Positions 1 to 9,800 of a stretch of 64,000 nt of DNA are shown here, one piece after another. A model generated the notes under the pieces. It was not told the DNA's origin. It searched no databases and worked only from the letters and a program-made list of their open reading frames with translations. Positions within the stretch are counted from its first letter, which is position 1. Every line of letters begins with the position of its first letter. The DNA is taken from positions 47,967 through 111,966 of the IMG/VR virus record IMGVR_UViG_3300021963_000051; one strand, written 5' to 3'. The stretch is from a virus. The position numbers and the translations under genes were made by a program.

Positions 1-2
1 AT

Positions 3-404
3 CCAGATGACCTAAAAGTAAATTTGGATCGTGTCAGCCACATGATTACACAAATGTGGATGGAAGGTCCTAATGGATATGGGAAGATGAAAATTCTTCC
101 CACTCCCATGGGCAACTTGGTTCGGACTATGTTAGAAAGCGGTGTAAAACTTGGTGTTAGTTCAAGAGGCAGCGGAAACGTTGATGATTATTCTGGCAAA
201 GTATCCGATTTTGAAATCATTACAGTCGACATAGTAGCCCAACCAAGCGCCCCAGGTGCTTACCCCACTCCTGTTTATGAGCATTTGATGAATATGAGAG
301 GTGGAAGTAAGGCATTAAAGGTAGCACAAGAAGTTAAAGAAGATCCAAAGGCCCAGAAATATTTGAAGGAAAGTCTCCTTCAGATCATCAAAGGTCTAAA
401 ATAA
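3..404 (+). CDS. Prohead core protease (T4 gp21-like), 5'-truncated by window edge
   Basis: HPDDLKVNLDRVSH, ILPTPMG, GVSSRGSG and DIVAQPSAPGA motifs; lies directly upstream of scaffold and major capsid genes. Confidence 0.9.
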   Translation, partial: PDDLKVNLDRVSHMITQMWMEGPNGYGKMKILPTPMGNLVRTMLESGVKLGVSSRGSGNVDDYSGKVSDFEIITVDIVAQPSAPGAYPTPVYEHLMNMRGGSKALKVAQEVKEDPKAQKYLKESLLQIIKGLK

Positions 405-422
405 GCCCGAGGAGAAATATAA

Positions 423-1514
423 ATGTTGGACGCATTCAAAAAATTAGTTGAAAGTGGAGCGATTTCGGAAGATGTAAGTTCCGAATTACAATCTGCTTTT
501 GATACTAAGCTTCAAGAGAATCGCGACCAAGTTACTGCTGAACTTCGTGAAGAATTCGCTAAGAAATACAACCATGATAAGTCTCTTATGGTTGAAGCGA
601 TCGACAAGATGTTAAGTGACAGATTGGCCGCAGAAATGGCTGAGTTATATGAAGACAAAAAAGCACTAGCCGAAGTAAAAGCGCAATACACAAGACGTAT
701 TAGCGAAGATGCCAGAAAGCTAGAAGGATTTGTAATCAAACAACTAGGCAAAGAACTCGTAGAATTTCAAGGTGATAGAAGGAAAGTATCTGAGAATTTT
801 GCGAAATTAGAACAATTTGTTGTACATGCTTTGGCAAAAGAAATAAACGAATTTGCTATTGACAAGCGTGATTTAGCTGAAACTAAAGTAAGACTTATTA
901 GAGATGCAAAAATTAAATTTGAAGATATTAAATCTAAGTTTATTAGTCAAAGTGCGAAAATTGTAGAAAATGTTGTAAAAGAAAAATTATCTTCTGAAAT
1001 TTCACAATTGAGAGAAGACATAGAAAGTGCTCGTAATAATGATTTTGGTCGTAGAATTTACGAAGCATTTGCGCAAGAATATGCCGGTTCATATCTAAAT
1101 GAAAAGTCTGAGACAAGCAAGTTGTTAAAGATAATTCAGAAAAAGGATCAAGAACTAGCAGAAGCACAAGAGGCTATAGCTGTTAAACAAACTCTAGCTG
1201 AATCTAAGGACCGCGAATTGCGTGTTACTAAAGATTTAATGGAACGTAAACATGCTATGTCCGAATTGCTGGCACCATTAGGTGCTGATAAAAGGGAGCT
1301 GATGCATACGCTTCTTGAGTCTGTACAGACAAAAGATCTTGCAAAAGCATATGAGAAATACCTACCAACAGTAATGGAAGGCGAAACAAGAAAAGTAGAA
1401 AAGAAAACTACTCTTAAGGAAAGCACTGAAGTGACTGGAAATCGTGAAGCAAAGCCCGAGGTAGGCTTCGACAACATTATTGATATCCGCAAACTTGCGG
1501 GGTTGTCAAAATAA
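423..1514 (+). CDS. Prohead scaffold/core protein (gp22-like)
   Basis: 363-aa E/K-rich coiled coil between protease and major capsid gene; GAGGAG SD. Confidence 0.75.
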   Translation: MLDAFKKLVESGAISEDVSSELQSAFDTKLQENRDQVTAELREEFAKKYNHDKSLMVEAIDKMLSDRLAAEMAELYEDKKALAEVKAQYTRRISEDARKLEGFVIKQLGKELVEFQGDRRKVSENFAKLEQFVVHALAKEINEFAIDKRDLAETKVRLIRDAKIKFEDIKSKFISQSAKIVENVVKEKLSSEISQLREDIESARNNDFGRRIYEAFAQEYAGSYLNEKSETSKLLKIIQKKDQELAEAQEAIAVKQTLAESKDRELRVTKDLMERKHAMSELLAPLGADKRELMHTLLESVQTKDLAKAYEKYLPTVMEGETRKVEKKTTLKESTEVTGNREAKPEVGFDNIIDIRKLAGLSK

Positions 1515-1535
1515 TATTCAAGGAGAAGACATAAA

Positions 1536-2711
1536 ATGTCAAAACTTTTAAATGAAAGATGGTCAGAGACCAAAGACGCTCTGCTTGAAGGCCTACAAGG
1601 TAACCGTCGTCAATCCATGGCAGTTTGCTTGGAAAACACACGTCGTTATTTGGCTGAGGCTGCAACAGCAGGTGCAACCAGCACAGGTAACATCGCTACA
1701 TTAAACCGTGTGATTCTGCCAGTAATCCGTCGTGTTATGCCAACAGTTATTGCTAACGAAATCGTTGGTGTTCAGCCAATGACAGGTCCAGTTGGTCAAA
1801 TTCATACTCTACGTGTTCGTTACGCTGACAGCGGTGACGGCGTTGTAGCAGGTGAAGAAGCACTAAGCCCATTCAAGATTGCTGCTGCTTATTCTGGAAA
1901 TAACGTAGATGCTACACCTAAGGCTGCTGTAACAAGCCAGTTAGAAGGTGCTCCAGGTAAGCGTATGAGCATTCAAATCTTGAAGACACCAGTTGAAGCT
2001 AAGAGCCGTAAGCTATCAGCTCGCTGGACATTCGAGGCTGCTCAAGATGCACAGGCACAACAAGGTATCGACATTGAGGCAGAAATTATGGCCGCTCTAG
2101 CTCAAGAAATTACAGCTGAGATCGACCAAGAAATCCTAGCTTCTTTACGTGGTCTTGCTGCTGTTGAAGAAACATATGACCAGTCATTAGTTTCTGGTAC
2201 AGCTACATTCGTTGGTGACGAGCACGCCGCTCTTGCTATTCAGATCAATCGTGTAAGCAACTTAATTGCTCAGCGTACACGTCGTGGTTCTGCTAACTGG
2301 GCAGTTGTTTCTAACCAAGCTCTTACAATTCTACAGAGCGCAACAACTAGTGCTTTTGCTCGCACAACAGAAGGCACATTTGAAGCTCCAACAAACACCA
2401 AGTTTGTAGGTACATTGAATGGAGCAATGCGTGTATATGTAGATGCATACATGAGCGACACAGTTGATAACAACCAAGTTTTAGTTGGTTATAAGGGTTC
2501 AAGCGAAGCCGATGCTGCTGCTTTCTACTGCCCATATATTCCTCTAATGAGTTCTGGTGTTGTTCTAGATCCAGCAACATTTGAACCAGTAGTTGGCTTC
2601 TTAACACGTTATGGCTATGTTGAGCTAACAAACACAGCTAGCTCTCTAGGTAACGCTGCTGACTATCTAGGTAAGGTTGCAATTACATCTGCTAATGTAA
2701 GCTTCAAGTAA
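1536..2711 (+). CDS. Major capsid protein (T4 gp23-like)
   Basis: RRVMPTVIANEIVGVQPMTGP, AKSRKLSARWT, EITAEIDQE, FYCPYIPL, TRYG motifs; strongly biased codon use; AAGGAG SD. Confidence 0.97.
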   Translation: MSKLLNERWSETKDALLEGLQGNRRQSMAVCLENTRRYLAEAATAGATSTGNIATLNRVILPVIRRVMPTVIANEIVGVQPMTGPVGQIHTLRVRYADSGDGVVAGEEALSPFKIAAAYSGNNVDATPKAAVTSQLEGAPGKRMSIQILKTPVEAKSRKLSARWTFEAAQDAQAQQGIDIEAEIMAALAQEITAEIDQEILASLRGLAAVEETYDQSLVSGTATFVGDEHAALAIQINRVSNLIAQRTRRGSANWAVVSNQALTILQSATTSAFARTTEGTFEAPTNTKFVGTLNGAMRVYVDAYMSDTVDNNQVLVGYKGSSEADAAAFYCPYIPLMSSGVVLDPATFEPVVGFLTRYGYVELTNTASSLGNAADYLGKVAITSANVSFK

Positions 2712-2735
2712 TAGTTTATATACAGATGATACACG

Positions 2736-2759
2736 AAGCCCGCTAAATGCGGGCTTTTT
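2736..2759 (+). terminator. Intrinsic terminator after major capsid gene
   Basis: AAGCCCGC-TAAAT-GCGGGCTT followed by T run. Confidence 0.85.
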
Positions 2760-2833
2760 GTTAAATATAAAGTCTTTATGATTTATGCGGCACCCACCGC
2801 GTAGGGCATAGAACGCTCAATAAGGAGAAACAA

Positions 2834-3259
2834 ATGGGACGTCCATTAAAGAAAAAATTTTTTAGCGCAAATGCTAATAATAACATTAAAGTACAATTTC
2901 ATAACGGTACTTCAAGCGTAGCTGGTTACATTGTTCACCAAGTAGGTGCTCGTAGATTTCAGTGTAGTGACGGAACAAATCGAAGAGTATGTAAATTAGT
3001 GAACAAAGCCTCTGCAGCTATTGCGGCTGGGGAAATGACCATTACAGTGAAACAAGATGATGGTACTATAGATCAAGTTCTTAAAATTTCAGGAAGAATG
3101 CTAACAACCTTAAATGCTGGTGGCAATACGATTCGTAGACCTTGGAATTTCAGTACTTCAACTAGTGACAGTTATGTGCAAGTTGAAGAAGCTGGTACTT
3201 CGACTAGCGCAGTTACAACAGCAACTGGTGCAACCAACCTTGAAGGTGATGCTCAGTAA
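2834..3259 (+). CDS. Putative virion structural/head decoration protein
   Basis: 141 aa with TAAGGAG SD, own TAAATA promoter (2762-2767) and terminator; follows capsid gene. Confidence 0.55.
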   Translation: MGRPLKKKFFSANANNNIKVQFHNGTSSVAGYIVHQVGARRFQCSDGTNRRVCKLVNKASAAIAAGEMTITVKQDDGTIDQVLKISGRMLTTLNAGGNTIRRPWNFSTSTSDSYVQVEEAGTSTSAVTTATGATNLEGDAQ

Positions 3260-3274
3260 TTCCTAAGCATCTAT

Positions 3275-3299
3275 AAAAGGGGGCTAGACCCCCTTTTTT
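3275..3299 (+). terminator. Intrinsic terminator
   Basis: AAAAGGGGG-CTAGA-CCCCCTTTTTT. Confidence 0.85.
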
Positions 3300-3317
3300 C
3301 ATAAGGTAAATAAAGGT

Positions 3318-3842
3318 ATGGCAAGTAATTGGGCTCTCCCTAACACAATTATTCAATATGCTGAATCAGGATTTGAAAATATTCATGTAGCCTGGGATAA
3401 CAGCAGGCAGTTTTCACCTCTAAAAAATAAAGACGGTATTCATACAAAGACTGTTAGAGACCTTATTCACATAGCTAGAGATCCTAAACATGACATTGTA
3501 GAAAAAACCTATTTTTTAAAACTTACAGGTTTTAATTTTACAAACATACCTATTTTTCTATCAGGAATAGAAGTTAAGGTAACTATGAACAGATACGGTA
3601 GAATTACCGACGACGAAATAAATCTTTGCTTAAACAATGAAACAATAGGTACAAATCAAGCAGATAGAGAATTAAGTCCTATTAAAATTTATGGTGGTCA
3701 ATCTTATCTATGGGAAACAGGTTTGACTATAGCAGATTTATCAAATAGTTCTTTTGGCTGTGTATTTAGATTTCAAAGTCATCCAAATTGGCCTCATAAG
3801 TGTAGTGCGCTAATTGATGCTGTTGAGATAAGAGTTCATTAA
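3318..3842 (+). CDS. Hypothetical structural protein
   Basis: 174-aa ORF; TAAATA 5 nt before ATG; beta-rich composition. Confidence 0.5.
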   Translation: MASNWALPNTIIQYAESGFENIHVAWDNSRQFSPLKNKDGIHTKTVRDLIHIARDPKHDIVEKTYFLKLTGFNFTNIPIFLSGIEVKVTMNRYGRITDDEINLCLNNETIGTNQADRELSPIKIYGGQSYLWETGLTIADLSNSSFGCVFRFQSHPNWPHKCSALIDAVEIRVH

Positions 3843-3869
3843 AAAATAAATACACTGAGGATCAATTAA

Positions 3870-6800
3870 ATGGCAACCAGCGTACAACAATATCCAGGGA
3901 ATCTTAAAGTATCTGTATATAACGGATTCATTGTTATTGATGCTAAAGATCAAATTTCAATAACTTCCCAATTTGGATACATAAGAACAGAAGCAGGACT
4001 CTATATTACCAACGAAGCCACTGGGGGTTATCTTAGAAATATAGCATCTCAAGAAGTCTTAATAAGATCAAATTTAAGTTATGTAGAGGTAGATGCTAAT
4101 GATTATATAAGATTAACATCCAATAGTAATTATATTCAATTAAATGCTGCTCAATACGCTAGAATTTCAGCAGGCGATTATGTAGAGTTAAAGCCTCAAA
4201 GTTATTTAAAATTTGATGTAACTACGTATCATCAAAGTCAAATAGGTGATTATTCTGTCAGTGTAATCGGGGGTTATCAAACTGTTGATGTTGCACAATA
4301 TATTGAACAGTCTGCTGGTAATTATTATAAAATATCAGCATTAGGTGGAAGAATTACATTAGAAGCTAATAGCTTTGTAGAGATTGACGCCCAACAGCAA
4401 GTCACAATTACTTCTCAAGGAAGTTTTATAAATTTAACCGCTGTATCTGTTATTGGCACAGATGCTCAAGAAATTGAATTAGGAGCTAATGATACTCAAG
4501 ATGTTATTCCTAATGCAAAATTTAAAAAGGATCTCTTTGTTAGAGATTCTACAACATATGATATAGGAGCATCTGGGGAGACATGGAGAGGACTCCACAT
4601 TGAAACAATTGACAGTTATGATCAAGGCAATGTTCAAAATCCTTATTTCAGAGTATTCGATCCAAATGATGTTTACGGCGCCGCAATAGGTAATGCTGGT
4701 CAAATAGCCATAGCGAATGCTCAACGAGCATCAGCACCTGTGTATTTTAGAGGTGGTGTAGGTATAGCAAAAGATTTAAATGTTGGCGGATTCATTTATG
4801 GTAGAATTGAAACAGCTAATACCAGTTTAAGTATTAATGTAACTGCTACAAATATTGATCAAGTTTTTTACAATACCTTTGCAGTAAGTACGGGTAATCA
4901 ATTTTTATTCATAGACTCTACAGGATTACAAGGAGGATATACCTATAATCCAAGTCGAGGTCTACTTACTGTTGAACGGGGGAGAGTAGTAGCTACAGAT
5001 CAAAGTGTTAGTACTACAACAGGTGCATTTACTGTAACAGGCGGAGTTGGTATTGGCAAAGATGTTTATATTGGTGGCAATATTTTACCTGGAACTGCTA
5101 ATACTAGCAGTATAGGCCTACAAGATTTAGAATGGGCTACAGGATTTATCAATAATTTATATTCCGAATTTATTGGGAATACCAATACTAATATAATTAT
5201 GCAGCCAGATATCACTGCAAATAAAGGCAGAGTTGATATTTTCGGTGACATTAGAGTACGCGGTAAAGATCCTGTAGGAACTGCTCCAGTTGTAAGGAAT
5301 ACTCTATATGTCACTATGGATGGTAATGACACTAATGATGGTAGAGCAATGGATGCCAGTCGTGCTTGCAGAACAATTAGTGGAGCTGTTAAGAGTCCGT
5401 ATTACCAAGAAGGAACACAAATTCTAGTTAGTGCAGGATTTTATCTTGAAGATAATCCTATAAGGATGAAGCCTTACACTAGTATAAGAGGTAGTGATAT
5501 TAGAACTACCTTTATTGAACCAATCAATAAAACGCAGGATTTATTTCATGTAGAAAGTGGTTGTTACCTAAACTATATGACCTTTTTAAATGGAAGAAGT
5601 GGCTTACTTGAAGGTCCATATGAACAGGGCTTTAATAGAGGAGCGTATTGTACAGCATTTCCTCCATTAGAAGGTGATGACAGAATAGACTTGTTCCATA
5701 GTCCTTATATTCAAAACTGTACAAATCAAAGCGGTCCTTGGCTCAAAGACGGAACAATGTTTATACCGAATTCCACTGTACAAATTCCAAGAGCTGTAGG
5801 AACAGGAACATGGGAAGCAAACACTACAACTATAGTAGTAAAAGCTAATACAGGCACAATTGCCAAAGGCATGAGTATAAACGCAGGTAATCAAAATCCA
5901 GGATTTTTTGATGCTCGTACGTTAATGTTGGCAAATAAGGCATTCATTCAAGAACAGGTAGTTGCTTTTGTAGATCAAACATTTAATAGTGGAAATTTTG
6001 TCTACGATCAAATTAAATGTGCTAGAGACACAGGTTTGATTTTAGAAAGTATTGCCATTGATATGCTTCAAGATAGCACAAGCGAAAGCATTTTTGCCGG
6101 CCTTCAGTACTGGAGACAGAGCGGATATGTAGATGCTATAGGTAGTCAATTTACAGCAACAATAAATTCTATAGGATATCTAGCTACTCTTGCTGTTACT
6201 ACAGCATCTAATGCAGGTGGTGGCGCACAAGGATCTATTGTCAATCAGCGTTTTCAAAATATTTTAACAATTCTTAATACTAGTACAGCAACTTTAGCTA
6301 ATGGTTCATTTAGTGAATGGATAACAAATAGTATTGTAAGTAATGGTACCGCTACAAATAATGTCAATACTGTCTTGGCCTACAATGCTTTATTAGCCGC
6401 TAAAAATAGTTTAAAAGAAGGCGTAATATCTTATATAACTAGTAATTTTCCAACATTGGTATACAACTCATCTACATGTCGAAGAGATGTAGGATTTATA
6501 ATAGACAGTGTAGCATTTGACCTATTACATGGCGGAAACAAACAAAGTATTAAATCTGGAGTTTACTATTTTGGCTATACTTCAACCATTAGTGAAATTA
6601 ATACAGGTTCTAGTAATATTACGAATGAAATTCCACAAACAACTGCTGCTTATAGATTCTTGAAAGGTATCGTTTCAAATGTCGTTCAAGGAATTCCTGT
6701 ACCTACAAAATATCAAAATTCTATCCTACAAACTATCGCAGGATATAACAGCGGTACTATTCATCAGGCTGAAGATTTATCAGATAGGATAGATATTATC

Positions 6801-9800
6801 ACAGGTATAATTAGAAATGGCCCTTCTGATTATGCCGAAACTGGTAAACGTATTCCTATTAGTCTTGAAACAAATACTACGACGCAAGTTTCAAATGCCT
6901 ATAATTTATTACAAGCTAATAAAAATTTTATAGTTGCTGAAACTATTGCTTATATTAATTCAACATCAAATTACTTCGAATATAATAGAGAAAAATGTAG
7001 ACGTGATGTTGGAATTTTAGTAGAAAATATAAGTTATGATGCTACATTTGGTGGTAATGAAAAAGCTGTAGAAAGTGGACTTGCCTATTTCGATGGTGTA
7101 ATAAGCAAAATTTCCGGACAAGAAGTTCAAACTATTTCAGCTATAGATTATCTAAATTCTTTAGCTCAAAAAATAATAAGAAATCAAACCTGTACAAATC
7201 TTTTAGGATTTACTGCAACTCATGTACAAGTAATTAATACAGCATTAACTGGAGGAGCAGTAAGTTCAGATACTATAGATTATCTATTTGATATAGTTAC
7301 AACAATTATAGATAATGGTCCTACCGCAGCACCTACCATTTATAATAGCCCAGGACCGGATAGCGCATTTGTAAGTGCTCAAACTCTTATTCAATCTAAT
7401 AGAGCATTTATACAACAAGACACGATAAACTATGTTAATAATGTTTTATTACCTACTTTATATCCAGGATATTTTTCATACAGTGAAATAAAATGCCGTA
7501 GAGACACTGGATTAATTATTGATTCTATCGCTATTGATTTATTGTATCCAACTGCGGCAAGAAGTCAAAGTACATTTGCCGGATTACAATACTGGAATCA
7601 AGATGCATATGTTGGAGCTATTGCAGATCAATTAAATCCTACTGTAGATGCTATTAAGTACCTTAAAGATCTAGCAAGAAAAATTGTCTTATGTATTACA
7701 CCTAGTGATGATTTAGTTAATAGATATCAAACAGCCATTCCCCAGGTTACAAATTTAGAACCAGGAACAGATAACGAAGTAACTATTTTAAATGCTAGAT
7801 TTGATGAACTTATAGAAATAGTAAACGGAAATAAATCAGGTTGGACAAACAGAATTATTCCCAATGGAAAAACAAATAGTTTATTAAATTACAAAAATGC
7901 TTACAATCTATTAATAGCAAATAGAGCATACTTAGGTGCTGAAGTAAATGCCTATGTCCAGGCAACAAATTTTGGATTTACTTATGATACAGCCAAGTGT
8001 GCTAGAGATGTGGGATACCTCACAGAAGCTGTAGGCTTTGATATGCTTCACGGAGGAAATAGACAAACTGTTCAAAACGGTTTATATTATTACGGATTTA
8101 CTTCAACTACAAACATTTATAATGAAACTACTCAGACTGTTGCTGCCTTCAACACGTTAAGTTATATCATAAGTCAAGTTGTACTTAATACTCCTGTTAA
8201 TCGTAGACAGTTTAAAAAAGTTCAAACATTTTTTACAACTACTGCTACAATAAGCGAAGTTAATTTTATTAATACTACTGTTAATACAATTACAAGCATC
8301 ATTTTAAATGGACCAAGTGTAGCAGCATTACCAGCTGGTGTAGCAATGACAGCCAGTAATTCCGCAAGTGTAATCACAGCCTATGATTTAATTTATGCTA
8401 ATAAAGATTTTATTATCGAAGAAGTAATTAGTTTTATAGATCAAACTTATAATGCAGGTAGATTTAACTATGATGAAGCTAAATGTTTTAGAGATGTTGG
8501 GTTAATTTTAGACGCTGTTACTCAAGATGTAATTTTAGGGGGAAATAGTAAAAGTATTGAAGCAGGATTGGCATATTGGAGTGGAGGTTATAATTCTGTA
8601 GGAGATCAAATTACCACTACAACTATGGCAATTAATCACGCACGAGATATGGCGATCACAGTGGCTAAAAATCAAATATTTACAGCTACTACTGGTACAT
8701 TACTAACGCAAAACATTATTCCATTTTTTCAATATGGTGATGAATACGGTCCACAAGAAGCTATTCGTAGAAACTTTAATATAATTACTACTATTATAGA
8801 AAAAGGTCCTTTATATGCTCCGCCAACTTATGCTGGAGGAGGACTCTTTAGTCTTGTTGGTATTAACGGTGCAGATGTTAAGATTGCTCCTAAAGTTATT
8901 AGTGTTTCTACTATTACTACAGGCACATATAGGATCGGGCTTGATATACCTACTATAGGATTCGGTGTTAATTCTACTCTATACTTTGGAGATACACAGA
9001 TATTTCCTTTAAGAGATAAAGAAGTAGATGAGCAAAGTTTTGAATACGCAGGAAACACTTCAACATGGGCACTTAGAAAAATAGACCCAGTCGGTGGTAT
9101 GGGAGGCAGTTTAGTAGATGGTGGGGTGATAAGTGATAGATCTCCTATTCAATCATTTGTGTATGATGCCTTTACTCAACTTACACAGGGCGGCCGTGGC
9201 GTTCATATCATTAGAGATGGTTATGCTCAGTTAGTTTCGGTCTTTACTATTTTTGCTTCTAAGGGTGTAGAAGTTGAAAGTGGTGGTATAGCCAGTATTG
9301 TTAACAGTAACGCTAACTTCGGAGACATCTGTTTACAGGCTAAGGGCTTTGGCAAACGTAAATTTACAGGGCATATTTACAATCCTTCATTTAAGTCTTA
9401 TCCAGAAAGTCCAAATTTAATAGGAGGGGAATATTTAAATCAATATTATCCTAGCGGATTTTGGCCTAACAATGCGCAGGTTATGGTCTTTTTACCAGAT
9501 TTAGATGATCGTCCGCACATTTCTTTAGTAATGGAGGTTATTCCTCCGGAGACTGTACGAGATTATACAGGAGAACTTGTAGCACAGGTTAATGAACAAG
9601 GCTTTCCGGGATTTTTAAATGCTAGTCCTACTACAAGCACTTTGTCTACAGGAAGTATAACTATCTCTGGAATAGACACAACTAATATCTTTGTGGGTAA
9701 CCGTGTATATGCTAGAGATCAATTTGGAAGAAGCACAAGCTCGAATATAGATGTTAATGGTGACTGGATACCATATGTAGATGACGAGACATTTGTTACT

